A stretch of DNA of 64,000 nucleotides from an uncultured Candidatus Saccharibacteria bacterium (GTDB lineage: Bacteria; Patescibacteriota; Minisyncoccia; Phycocordibacterales; UBA918): assembly GCA_964425625.1 (NCBI GenBank), contig CAYRMI010000001.1, positions 866-64,865 of the forward strand, given 5' to 3'. Below the pieces are notes generated by a model. It had not been told where the DNA came from and ran no database searches. It saw only the letters and a list, made by a program, of their open reading frames with translations. Made by a program: the position numbers and the translations under genes. Shown here piece after piece: positions 47,765 through 57,463 of the stretch (the first letter of the stretch is position 1; every line of letters starts with the position of its first letter).

Positions 47765-50263
47765 CTATGAGGTTACGATTTTTACTTTTTCTTGGCGTAG
47801 GCTTTGACCTAATAAGAGAAGAATTAATCCAAAAGCTACTACTCCCATAGCAGCTACCAGATTATAGGTTTTTTCAACTGGTGTAGTTGCATCGGACATT
47901 GAAGTTATAGGCGCTACTTCTGGTGATTCAACGTAAGTGAAGGCCTCAGCTTGCTTTACAAAACGGAAAGGCTCACTACGAACCACAATATCTCCTTGAT
48001 TATCTGTTAAAGCCACGTAGACTTCATGCTCTCCATCTTCTAGTTCCTTGGAGAAAGTGTATGAGAAACTTCCGTCGTCTTTGGTTTTTACAGTTACTAC
48101 GATTGGATCACTGAAGATATATAGAGTTACAAAACTGTTTGGAAGTCCATATCCAGAAATTTCAGACTGGACTAGCGGTTTACTATTTTCCTCTTCATAT
48201 ACCAGTAGAGGACTAACAGACTTCACTCTGAGTAAAGTATCATCAATATGATTCACCTCTTTAGGGGAAGCGAAGCTGATTATTGCTTCGGGTTTAGCAC
48301 TTAGCGGATCATAACCAAGACTTATCTCCACCCCATCATTTACCCCATCGCCATCAGTATCTGGTGAACTGGGATTTGTCACATAAAGAAGATACTCGTC
48401 ATAGTCAGTTAAACCATCTTTGTCAGTATCAACTTTGCTAGCTTCTTTAGTGCGTTCAACTTTAAGACTTTCAACCTTCTTAACCTGTTCCTTTACTTCA
48501 CTGATCTTATTTTGTAAATCTACTTCAAGATTATATATAGACCCTTCATCTCTGATTGATAATTTCCTCTCAGTCAAAATATAGTCAATTTTATCTGCTA
48601 GTTCAGCTTCACTCAGGCGTAAATTATTTTCATCACCGGACTGAATCGCTGAAGCGTACCGACGAAATAGATCGTTAAATTCAGGTTTGAATTCCATCAG
48701 GATTTCTTTAGCCTGTTGCATCTCCGGTGTAGTTGTTGGAGAAGAGGTTGCAGTAGTAGTCTCAAGGATTTTTGGTAAAAGTGGTTCTTGTGGATTAAGT
48801 AGTACAGCTATTTGGCTACTAGTAGAATTAGCAATTTCTGCTATCTGTGTCCTTATAACTTCTTTTGTATCTTGATATTCTGGCGTTTGGGTATAGGTTG
48901 GTTTAATATATGAATTTTCAAAATTTACCGTAAATGTCTCTTTTAACTGACTATTATCTATTGCTCTAGCGATAATTTGGTATCTACCAGCCGGTAAGGA
49001 TGTTCCGTCAAGCCAGTACACAAAACCAGTATCAGTACGAGAAGCTATGCCCAAAAAGAGCGTCTGCCTCGAGTTATCAGCTCTGGCGTAGATTTCTATT
49101 GATGCATAACGGTAAGTTGGTTTAATGATTATTTTATAGCTATTTTTTAAAATACTAGGGACTAACTCTATGTTTGATTCTCTATTGGGCTCTATAGCAA
49201 GATTTGAAGTAGTGGCTAGCTTTGTTTCATCAGCCGGTAAAAGCTCTGGGTTATCAATATTTGTAACTACTTCTCCTATTTCCATCTCGTCTTCTATAAT
49301 ATCCGGCACCGGCATGCTCACTTCAATGGTTTCTTTAATACTCGTCTGAGCATCCGCTTCGGTTTTGTCTTCACTGGAGCTAACGCTAGAGTCTGTCTTA
49401 GAAATTGATACATTAGTAGATTCTGTTGTTGTAGTACTCGCTTTTGAATCTTCAGCTTCCTGTACGGTATCGTTTGTCAAGATAATTTCTGGTGCCAAAA
49501 CTTTAAAATACGGACCGGGTAATTCTGATTTTGTTATACCGTCTTCGGCTACTACTCTGACCAAGACTTTGTAATCTCCGGAAGGCAGTGTCTTTGTTGG
49601 TAGTAGGTAAACAAAATTACCATCTGTATTTTGACTGGAGGGCAAAAGAACGGTTCTTTGTTGTGTTTGTCTGGAAATATACAAAAGACTATGCTCCTTG
49701 ACATGCAAGATGGAGACTATAAGTTCTGTATCTCTATCTTGCTCTACTTGTGGTGTATTTAAAAATTTAACAACTGGCTTTAGAGCTGTTTGCATTTCAC
49801 CATCGGTTGCATTATCTACCTGGCACTTATCTCCAGAACAGATAACCGAAGCTAAAAACTGGCTTGACAAAGACGCTGCTGGTGTAGTTAAAAAGAAAAT
49901 CGACAAAAAACCGAGCACTATGAATATATAGCCAAAAACTTGAGCAATTGGTCTGGCAACAATAGGAGAGTTTTGCTGATACCACTGGCTATAAATATTG
50001 GCTTTTTCCCTCAGTCTTAAACTAATATTCCCCGTAGTAAAACTTACGGTCTCGAGTTCTTCATTTTTTATTATTTTTTTGGAACTAGTAGCACTTACTT
50101 TTGCTTCTAAGCTTTTTTTTGCGACTGGTTTCTTCTTCGGTAAGCTCTTTTCAACCGCACCCTTTACTAAGGTTGTCTTTATACTTGGCTTGGAGAGAGT
50201 TTTCTTGGGCACCACCTTAAAAACTGCTTTACGAGGTACTCGCTTTTTGGGTTTCGGGTCCAT
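47765..50263 (-). CDS. Large double-anchored surface protein with Ig-like domains and Ca-binding DxDxDG repeats
   Basis: Lys-rich N-tail, TM, DTDKDGLTDYDE/DTDGDGVNDGVE, LEDGEHEVYV Ig-like domain, C-terminal TM. Confidence 0.75.
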   Translation of the reverse strand: MDPKPKKRVPRKAVFKVVPKKTLSKPSIKTTLVKGAVEKSLPKKKPVAKKSLEAKVSATSSKKIIKNEELETVSFTTGNISLRLREKANIYSQWYQQNSPIVARPIAQVFGYIFIVLGFLSIFFLTTPAASLSSQFLASVICSGDKCQVDNATDGEMQTALKPVVKFLNTPQVEQDRDTELIVSILHVKEHSLLYISRQTQQRTVLLPSSQNTDGNFVYLLPTKTLPSGDYKVLVRVVAEDGITKSELPGPYFKVLAPEIILTNDTVQEAEDSKASTTTTESTNVSISKTDSSVSSSEDKTEADAQTSIKETIEVSMPVPDIIEDEMEIGEVVTNIDNPELLPADETKLATTSNLAIEPNRESNIELVPSILKNSYKIIIKPTYRYASIEIYARADNSRQTLFLGIASRTDTGFVYWLDGTSLPAGRYQIIARAIDNSQLKETFTVNFENSYIKPTYTQTPEYQDTKEVIRTQIAEIANSTSSQIAVLLNPQEPLLPKILETTTATSSPTTTPEMQQAKEILMEFKPEFNDLFRRYASAIQSGDENNLRLSEAELADKIDYILTERKLSIRDEGSIYNLEVDLQNKISEVKEQVKKVESLKVERTKEASKVDTDKDGLTDYDEYLLYVTNPSSPDTDGDGVNDGVEISLGYDPLSAKPEAIISFASPKEVNHIDDTLLRVKSVSPLLVYEEENSKPLVQSEISGYGLPNSFVTLYIFSDPIVVTVKTKDDGSFSYTFSKELEDGEHEVYVALTDNQGDIVVRSEPFRFVKQAEAFTYVESPEVAPITSMSDATTPVEKTYNLVAAMGVVAFGLILLLLGQSLRQEKVKIVTS

Positions 50264-50309
50264 AGATTACTGAATTATACTCCCTCCACCATATTTCTAT
50301 AACCAGTTA

Positions 50310-52355
50310 TTAACGTTTTGCTTTTTTCTTCTTTTTATCATTTAGTAAGCCGTCGAGGTAACGTAGCTCATCTCGTAAAATAGCAGCTGTTTCGAAGTCC
50401 AAAATTGCTACCGCTTCGTCCATCTGTCGTTTCTTATCTTTCATAACCGCTTTGGGATTGGCGTTAAACAGTGATACATCTACCTTAAGTAAAGTATCCA
50501 CAGTTTCATCATGCAAAGTACGCATTTGATCAGTAATGGATTTAATTTCCTTGGCAATAGTGGTCGGGGTAATGCCGTGTTGTTTGTTATAAGCTACTTG
50601 TATTGCTCGGCGACGATTAGTTTCCTCTACGGCGGAAGTTAACGCCTTGGTCATCTCATCAGCATATAAGACTACGCGTCCGCGAACATTTCGGGCGGCG
50701 CGACCAATCGTCTGTATCAAAGCTGTCTCGCTCCGTAAGAAACCTTCTTTATCAGCATCCAGTATCGCTACCAACTCAACTTCTGGAAGGTCTAAACCTT
50801 CGCGCAGAAGGTTAACCCCCACCAAGCAGTCAAACTTACCTCGTCTAAAGTCCGTTAAAATTTCGATTCGTTCAATTGTATCAACATCACTATGGATGTA
50901 CTTGGTATTAATATTTTTCTCAGTGAGAAACTCAGCCAGGTCCTCAGCCATCTTTTTGGTTAAGGTAGTGGTCAAGACACGAGCGCCACTTTTGATAACT
51001 TTCTCGGCTTCGGCGATAAAGTCTTTTACTTGGCCAGGATAATCACCTTTACCAGTCACTGGACGTAGGTCAATCTCCGGGTCAACTAGTCCGGTCGGAC
51101 GAATGATTTGCTCAACCATCGGTATACCGGTTTCCTCTAGCTTGGCATATTCGTATTTACCGGGTGTGGCAGAAGTATAAATACGCTGACCAATTCTCTC
51201 TTCAAATTCAGCAAACTTAAGTGGTCGGTTATCGACCGCACTAGGAAGACGAAAACCGAACTCTACCAAGGTGTCCTTACGTGAACGATCACCGGCGTAC
51301 ATACCACCCACTTGGGGGATAGTTACGTGAGACTCATCGATAATAGTCAAAAAGTCTGGTTTACCATCATTGGTGTGCGGAAAATATGATAGTAGCGTGT
51401 ATGGAGCTTCGCCGGGTTTTCGTCGGTCAAAGTGCCGTGAGTAGTTTTCAATGCCATTGCAATAGCCGACCTCACGCATCAAAGCCAAATCATGCTGGGT
51501 ACGTCGACGTAGACGCTCGGCTTCGAGCAACTTCCCTTCCTTCTTAAACTTCCTTAGTTGCTCTTCTAGTTCTAATTCGATGTCTTTAATCGCCACTTTT
51601 CGTTCCTCCTCAGGTGTCACGAAGTGCTTGGCTGGGAAGAGAAAGAAAACTTCCGGTTCATTAATGATTTCGCGAGTAACGGCATCGATTTTGGTGATAG
51701 TGGAAATGTTGTTGCCAGTAAAACCAAGACGAAAAATCACACGCTCGTTCGTGGGCATGATCTCGATCGTGTTACCAACTGCCCGAAAGCTACCGGGTGT
51801 AAGGTCAGCATTGGTCCGTTCAAAATAAAGACCAATTAAGGTGCGGAGCATATCAGCCCTGGTAGTAGAGTAGCCTCGTTCAATTTTTAAGTGCTTCTTT
51901 AGATATTCTGCTGGTGCACCAAGACCATAGATACAAGAAACCGAAGCGACAATAATCACGTCCTGGCGAGTTAAGAGAGCTTGGGTAGAGGCGTGGCGTA
52001 GTCGGTCAATCTCTTCGTTAATCTGTGCCTCTTTTTCGATATAGGTATCGGAAGTTGGCATGTAAGCCTCGGGCTGGTAGTAGTCATAGTATGAGACAAA
52101 AAAATGAACAGCGTTCTCCGGAAAGAAATCGCGATACTCTTGGGCTAGTTGAGCGGCTAGAGTTTTATTATGAGCAATCACCAAAGTTGGCTTTTGCACA
52201 TGCTGGATGACATTAGCAGCGGTAAAGGTCTTACCGGAGCCAGTCACACCAAGAAGCGTCTGGTGCGTATGCCCAGCTTCAATCCCCTTAATAAGCTTAG
52301 CTATCGCTTTGGGCTGATCCCCGGCCGGCGTCTTTTCGGTTGAGATTTTAAACAT
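50310..52355 (-). CDS. uvrB: Excinuclease ABC subunit B
   Basis: GVTGSGKTFT, FVSYYDYYQPEAY, DESH, NLLREGLDLPEV, C-terminal UVR domain. Confidence 0.98.
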   Translation of the reverse strand: MFKISTEKTPAGDQPKAIAKLIKGIEAGHTHQTLLGVTGSGKTFTAANVIQHVQKPTLVIAHNKTLAAQLAQEYRDFFPENAVHFFVSYYDYYQPEAYMPTSDTYIEKEAQINEEIDRLRHASTQALLTRQDVIIVASVSCIYGLGAPAEYLKKHLKIERGYSTTRADMLRTLIGLYFERTNADLTPGSFRAVGNTIEIMPTNERVIFRLGFTGNNISTITKIDAVTREIINEPEVFFLFPAKHFVTPEEERKVAIKDIELELEEQLRKFKKEGKLLEAERLRRRTQHDLALMREVGYCNGIENYSRHFDRRKPGEAPYTLLSYFPHTNDGKPDFLTIIDESHVTIPQVGGMYAGDRSRKDTLVEFGFRLPSAVDNRPLKFAEFEERIGQRIYTSATPGKYEYAKLEETGIPMVEQIIRPTGLVDPEIDLRPVTGKGDYPGQVKDFIAEAEKVIKSGARVLTTTLTKKMAEDLAEFLTEKNINTKYIHSDVDTIERIEILTDFRRGKFDCLVGVNLLREGLDLPEVELVAILDADKEGFLRSETALIQTIGRAARNVRGRVVLYADEMTKALTSAVEETNRRRAIQVAYNKQHGITPTTIAKEIKSITDQMRTLHDETVDTLLKVDVSLFNANPKAVMKDKKRQMDEAVAILDFETAAILRDELRYLDGLLNDKKKKKAKR

Positions 52356-52529
52356 AATTTTCAACTGATATTAGCATAAATATGCCTAAAATTGCTTATC
52401 GTAATCAAATGGCGCTAATGTTGGTGATCCCCACACCCGGAGATGAATCAGAACACACAAATGGCAATAATAACGGACTTACCCCCTTATTCCAAGACAG
52501 AGCTAGTCATATTGGTACCCGACAGAATA

Positions 52530-53771
52530 TTAAGCCTCCATCAATTGCTGGCGGAGTTGCTTGGTGAAGTTGACGATGTAGTGGAGGTTATGGATGGAGG
52601 CTAGTTGTGGGCCGAGCATTTCCTTGGCGCGGAAGAGATGGGCTAGGTAGGCTTTGGTATAGATGGTGGCGACGTAACCCTCACTTAACGGATCAAGTAG
52701 ACTTAGGTCATTACGGTATTTTTCATTATTTAAATTTATCTTCGCCGTTTCGGGATAGGTAATGCGTCCACACTTACTTTTCACCATTTTGCCGGTAGCC
52801 ACATAGATGGTACCAGTGCGACCGATTCTCGTCGGCGCCACACAATCAAAAGTATCACAGCCTTGCAGTACCCCTTCAACAATATCTTCCGGCTCCCCTA
52901 TCCCGAGCAAGTGCCGAGGTTTATCTTCCGGCAAAATTTCATTTACTACTTTTAGCGAATCACCGAGGTCTTCCTTGGAAAAACTTCCCCCAATCCCAAA
53001 GCCAGCAAAATCCATGGCCGAGAGAGTACGAGCACTTTCTTGGCGCAAGTCAGTGTAGCGTCCGCCCTGCACTACGCCATAGAGTCCTTGCTTTTTAATT
53101 GCTTCGTAGTTTTGTTTGTGGGCCATGATACTACGCTTAGCCCAGCGGTGGGTTCTATCCATGGCTTCTTTTTGGTATTGGTAATCAGCCGTTGGACTAG
53201 TGCATTCATCGAAAGCCACGATAATATCTGCCCCGATGGCTTGTTGGATTTCAATTGAGCGTTCAGCTGTAAAGCGGTGCATCGAACCATCGATATGTGA
53301 AGTAAAAGTCACACCCTCTTCATCGATAATGCAGAGCTTGCCGTGCTCACTAGCAAATTCTTGTGAGTAGACATTAAGACCGTGTGGGTGTTGAATAACC
53401 GCCTCATCAGCTTCGCCTTTGGCAAACTTGGTCACTCCTTTACCAAAAGCGGCACCGAGCGAAAATACCTGAAAGCCACCAGAGTCAGTCATGGTCGGTA
53501 ATTGCCAATTGGAAAACTTATGCAATCCACCAGCCGCTTTAATTATTTCATGTCCAGGCTGGAGGAAAAGATGATAGGTATTTGCTAAAGCAACCTGATT
53601 ACCCACATATTTAAGCATCTCTTCCGGCATAACGGCTTTAATCGTCCCTTTTGTCCCAACGGTCACAAAAGCCGGCGTCTCTATATAGCCATGCGGAGTA
53701 TGAATAACCCCAGCTCGAGCTAGTGTATTTACCATCTTCTTAATAATAGTAAAGGTGACTGGTTGTGACAT
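52530..53771 (-). CDS. tgt: tRNA-guanine(34) transglycosylase
   Basis: TDSGGFQVFSL, FDECT, VVQGG, PRHLLGIG, DTFDCVAPTR, HNL. Confidence 0.95.
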   Translation of the reverse strand: MSQPVTFTIIKKMVNTLARAGVIHTPHGYIETPAFVTVGTKGTIKAVMPEEMLKYVGNQVALANTYHLFLQPGHEIIKAAGGLHKFSNWQLPTMTDSGGFQVFSLGAAFGKGVTKFAKGEADEAVIQHPHGLNVYSQEFASEHGKLCIIDEEGVTFTSHIDGSMHRFTAERSIEIQQAIGADIIVAFDECTSPTADYQYQKEAMDRTHRWAKRSIMAHKQNYEAIKKQGLYGVVQGGRYTDLRQESARTLSAMDFAGFGIGGSFSKEDLGDSLKVVNEILPEDKPRHLLGIGEPEDIVEGVLQGCDTFDCVAPTRIGRTGTIYVATGKMVKSKCGRITYPETAKINLNNEKYRNDLSLLDPLSEGYVATIYTKAYLAHLFRAKEMLGPQLASIHNLHYIVNFTKQLRQQLMEA

Positions 53772-53794
53772 GATATTTAGCCTACTTGTTTACA

Positions 53795-53922
53795 AAAGCA
53801 CTTACTATACTGTGAGGAAACTCTGGAGCTCACAAGCTTGGTCTCCCTTAGGAGTTGTGAGCGAAGCGTTAGTATTCGTCCGCAGGAGACGAATACGATC
53901 CGAACAGTATAGTAAGTGCTTT
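53795..53922. repeat. 128-bp element with 19-bp perfect terminal inverted repeats and internal hairpins (MITE-like or ncRNA)
   Basis: aaagcacttactatactgt ... acagtatagtaagtgcttt enclosing three stem-loops. Confidence 0.75.
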
Positions 53923-53936
53923 GTTTAGGAAATAAT

Positions 53937-54485
53937 CTATTTAATCGCCAGCAGGTCAATAGCAAACACCAAGGTCGCATTCCCCGGGATAGGTCCAATG
54001 CCGTTCTTACCATATGCCAAATCTGGTGGAATAACGAGAATTCTTTGGCCACCTACCTTCATACCAACTAGTCCTTGTTCCCAACCTTTAATCACTCTAC
54101 CTTCGCCGACAGTAAACTCAAAGGGGGTTCCTCTTTTGTTGGAATTATCAAATTCATAGCCATCCTGCAGTGTTCCAATATAATGTACCGAAACAGTATC
54201 TCCTTCTTTTACTTCATCTCCTACTCCAATCTTGATATCGTCTATAACCATTTTATTTAAATTACCTGTTTTATCAGTGGCTTGTAAGAGCGCATTGGCT
54301 CGCTCTTGGTTCTCGTTCGCGCCAGGCTGGACTACCACTACTTCATTTTTTATAAGCTGGGCAGTTTGAGCAGTAGCTAAATCGTCAGTTACCAGTAGCG
54401 ATGTCTCCACTCGAATTAAATAAAGTGCCACTGCCATACAGAGGATACTAAAGCTAATTCCTATTACTTCAAATTTACTTAACAT
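53937..54485 (-). CDS. Membrane-anchored FKBP-type peptidyl-prolyl isomerase
   Basis: VHYIGTL..FDNS, VIKGWEQGL.GMKVGG.R.L.IPPDLAYG, IPGNATLVF. Confidence 0.93.
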   Translation of the reverse strand: MLSKFEVIGISFSILCMAVALYLIRVETSLLVTDDLATAQTAQLIKNEVVVVQPGANENQERANALLQATDKTGNLNKMVIDDIKIGVGDEVKEGDTVSVHYIGTLQDGYEFDNSNKRGTPFEFTVGEGRVIKGWEQGLVGMKVGGQRILVIPPDLAYGKNGIGPIPGNATLVFAIDLLAIK

Positions 54486-54494
54486 ATTACAATA

Positions 54495-55607
54495 TTATTG
54501 GTCAATAATAGCCATTTCTGTCGAAGATGCAAGGGACCAGGATAAATTAAGCCCTGTTTCTTGTAGCGTGACTAGAGTCTCGTTGGTATTATAATCCGCT
54601 AAATTTTTATAAAAATTAACACTTTCGACTTCGGTCATCAACCGGGGCTGAGCTGGGGTATTAATAGAAGTGATGGGCAGAGCTGATATGTTTAACCCTT
54701 CATCATTAGCACTTAACTTTAAAACTAAACCTGTCTGTACTGCCTCAGAGAAGTATTGATCGAAGATAAGATTGCCCAGAGAATAAAAGACTGGTACCCC
54801 TGTTATTGTATCAATTTGCTGTATCACATGTGGGTGATGTCCAACAATTAAATCTATTCCCTGAGCAACTAAAAAAGTGGCTAACTTCCGCTGGCTACTG
54901 GTGGGCCAGTAGTTATATTCCTCTCCCCAATGAATATAAGCTATTTGCCAGTCGCTATTTGCTTTTACTACAAGAAGTAGATTGTTCAATTCTTCATCAC
55001 TAGGAACTTTATATAAGGTATGAATAGCGATGACAGCAACTTTTTTATCACTTAAATTAAAGTAGGCCACTGAGCTAGAAGAAATTATGGCTGGATGGCC
55101 AAAGGCGTAAATACCTTCGGCCATTAGACTTTCTCTGGTGTTACTGTACCCAGTCTCTCCGGCATCTAAACTGTGGTTATTAGCCAATCCCATATGAGTA
55201 AAGCCGGCTAATCTAAGGGTTGGTAAGAACTTTTGTGCCACTGAGAAGCGCATACCAAAATTTGGAGTCTTTTGGTGCACCAGAGGACTAGCCGATTCAA
55301 AATTACCGATTACATAAGCTGGTTCTCTAGACAAAAAATCTAGTTTTTTATACGGATAGTCAGTACCCTTTTTATTCATTAGAAACTCTACGTGTCGACC
55401 CAGCATGACGTCTCCTGCTAAATAAATTGTACTAGTTGATATGGACTTAGTATCAGTGATATTCAAATCCAAATTTGATTGAACTTTTACAATTTCATTA
55501 ATAGCATAGACTGGGATTAGAGATTCTAACTTTTTTGGCCAAGTGAATATTCCCACAAAAACTAAAATAAGAAATACTAATAGCGAGGCAATTACATTTT
55601 TAGTCAT
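54495..55607 (-). CDS. CapA/PgsA-family metallophosphoesterase
   Basis: GDVMLGR, GNFES, LANNHSLD, HWGEEY, GHHPHVIQ, YSLGNLIFDQ. Confidence 0.9.
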   Translation of the reverse strand: MTKNVIASLLVFLILVFVGIFTWPKKLESLIPVYAINEIVKVQSNLDLNITDTKSISTSTIYLAGDVMLGRHVEFLMNKKGTDYPYKKLDFLSREPAYVIGNFESASPLVHQKTPNFGMRFSVAQKFLPTLRLAGFTHMGLANNHSLDAGETGYSNTRESLMAEGIYAFGHPAIISSSSVAYFNLSDKKVAVIAIHTLYKVPSDEELNNLLLVVKANSDWQIAYIHWGEEYNYWPTSSQRKLATFLVAQGIDLIVGHHPHVIQQIDTITGVPVFYSLGNLIFDQYFSEAVQTGLVLKLSANDEGLNISALPITSINTPAQPRLMTEVESVNFYKNLADYNTNETLVTLQETGLNLSWSLASSTEMAIIDQ

Positions 55608-55609
55608 AT

Positions 55610-56029
55610 TTACCTAGCAGAGTAAGATGCTTCGGAGTGAAAAGGTCCGATTTGACTGCTATACATGGAAAATGCTATTCCGCTAAAAGCTAAAAAAAAC
55701 GCTATAATTACTAATAAAACACTCTGGTATAGGGAGATACTTTGATTTTTTTGCTTATTTACATCAACTTTTCTTATTTCAATATCTATTCCCAATAAGG
55801 CATGTACTTCGTCTGGTTTTAAACTTAAGTCGGTATGAAATAACTTATGTAAAGCAGAAGCTCTAACTAATTTATCATCAGGAATATCTCTTAAGGTTAT
55901 GATAGTTTGATTTATTTCTTCTTGGCCATAGCCAGCGTTTTGCAAAACAGAGCGAATAGCATCACCAGGGGCAGATGTGTCTATTCCATGAATTTTTAGT
56001 AGGATTTTAACTTTATCTCGCTCAATCAT
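55610..56029 (-). CDS. Hypothetical protein with C-terminal TM
   Basis: 139 aa ORF tightly packed in the operon. Confidence 0.7.
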   Translation of the reverse strand: MIERDKVKILLKIHGIDTSAPGDAIRSVLQNAGYGQEEINQTIITLRDIPDDKLVRASALHKLFHTDLSLKPDEVHALLGIDIEIRKVDVNKQKNQSISLYQSVLLVIIAFFLAFSGIAFSMYSSQIGPFHSEASYSAR

Positions 56030-56036
56030 ATAAGAA

Positions 56037-57083
56037 CTATCTCTTTTGCTTTTTTTCTTTCACTATATACTGATTGTAGATCTCAAGAAGGACAATAAAC
56101 AAAGTCACTATCACTGGACCAACAATAAAACCAATTGGTCCAAAGGTAGATATTCCTCCCAATACAGCGGTCAGAATAATGAACGGATGCATATTATTGC
56201 CTCGACTCATAAGCTGTGGGCCGATTATATTATCTATCACAACAATACTTACCACCATCCAGATCAATAGACCAAGCGCGGCCATCGGTGAACCAGTAAA
56301 GAAAAGAAACAATATACCTGGAATCATAATGGTCGGAGTACCAATCCCTGGAATCATCGCCAAAATTGCCCCGACCGCTCCCCACAGGACGGCTCTATCT
56401 ATGCCAAAAATAGTGAAGCCCAAAGCAGCAATTGTGCCTTGAATAAGTGAGACCAAAAGTACTCCAGTAGCTACAGAACGTACAGCTCTAGCCAGACGAG
56501 AAAGAATAATCTCGTCATCCTTATTAGGTAATGGACTGACTTTAATTAATATTCGTAAAAATTCCTTACCATCTCTAAAAAAATAAAAAGATCCAATTAA
56601 AGAAATAAAAATAACAAACAGTGTTGAAATGGTACCAGCAAAAATAGCTCCGATATTACCCACAAACCACTTGGCACTTTGGCGTAGTTGCTCAGTCAGA
56701 TTAATAGAAAATTCTGGAATATAGTTTTGCACAGTAGCTTCAAAACTAGTGACATACTTTTCAATGCTAAGCTCTTGGCCGGCTCCTAAAGTCTCGTAAA
56801 AACTAATTAATTCACGAGCAAAAACAGTCGAAATGAAAATCAGTGGCAAAATAATCAAAAAGACTGCAATGAAGGTAGTGATACCGGCTGCTAAACTTTT
56901 ATTGTTTTTGTATACTTTCGACTCTATTTTTTCGTATAATGGATAACAAATTGTCACGATAATGAGAGCTAACGCCAAAGCTGACACAAAGGGCGACAAT
57001 ACCAGCCATACCATATAGCCAGAAGCAACCAGGATGACAAAGAAGAATACGTACTCAACAACGCGATTAAGATTTAGTGGCAT
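56037..57083 (-). CDS. AI-2E family transporter
   Basis: FYFFRDG, MIPGIGT, IDNIIGP, LGGISTFGPIGFIVGP; start at MPLNL. Confidence 0.9.
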   Translation of the reverse strand: MPLNLNRVVEYVFFFVILVASGYMVWLVLSPFVSALALALIIVTICYPLYEKIESKVYKNNKSLAAGITTFIAVFLIILPLIFISTVFARELISFYETLGAGQELSIEKYVTSFEATVQNYIPEFSINLTEQLRQSAKWFVGNIGAIFAGTISTLFVIFISLIGSFYFFRDGKEFLRILIKVSPLPNKDDEIILSRLARAVRSVATGVLLVSLIQGTIAALGFTIFGIDRAVLWGAVGAILAMIPGIGTPTIMIPGILFLFFTGSPMAALGLLIWMVVSIVVIDNIIGPQLMSRGNNMHPFIILTAVLGGISTFGPIGFIVGPVIVTLFIVLLEIYNQYIVKEKKQKR

Positions 57084-57140
57084 GACTATAATATAACAAT
57101 CAAAATGCAAAAGGACCAGGTAAAACCTAGCCCACTGCGT

Positions 57141-57293
57141 TTATATCTCAGATAATTTCTGCTGGGTAACTTTGGCTGCTATCTCGACTGTATTAAAACT
57201 AGCAGATGCAGCTTGTCCTAAGTCTTCCATTGGTTGACCAAAGAAATGACTTAAGCCCCAAAGAACTATAATGAAACCAATTGCGCTTCGCAT
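57141..57293 (-). CDS. 50-aa small membrane/secreted protein; not in the ORF track
   Basis: MRSAIGFIIVLWGLSHFFGQPMEDLGQAASASFNTVEIAAKVTQQKLSEI*. Confidence 0.6.
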   Translation of the reverse strand: MRSAIGFIIVLWGLSHFFGQPMEDLGQAASASFNTVEIAAKVTQQKLSEI

Positions 57294-57304
57294 ACAAAAT
57301 ATTT

Positions 57305-57366
57305 TGTTGCGACCCAGTAACCCACCTCGCGATGAGTTCTGACTAAAACCAGAAGGGACGCTAACA
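57305..57366 (-). promoter_or_regulatory. Putative structured 5' leader (three-way junction)
   Basis: Minus strand: outer stem UGUUaGCGUCCC/GGGUCGCAACA enclosing UUCUGG-N6-UCAGAA and CUCAUC-GCGA-GGUGGG. Confidence 0.5.
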
Positions 57367-57463
57367 ATCTTTGGTTCTCTATTTATAATATAGCATAGAC
57401 GCTATAATTTACAAGCATAACCGATAGACGGTGGGTATAATTATACGCGATCATAATTCATGA

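Noticed and set aside
52382-52567. 61-aa plus-strand ORF between uvrB and tgt
   Set aside because: Overlaps the tgt 3' end, has no motif and no clear initiation signal.
53811-53922. RNase P RNA (GAGGAAACTC resembles GAGGAAAGUCC)
   Set aside because: Too short and lacks the 3' conserved region needed to form P4.
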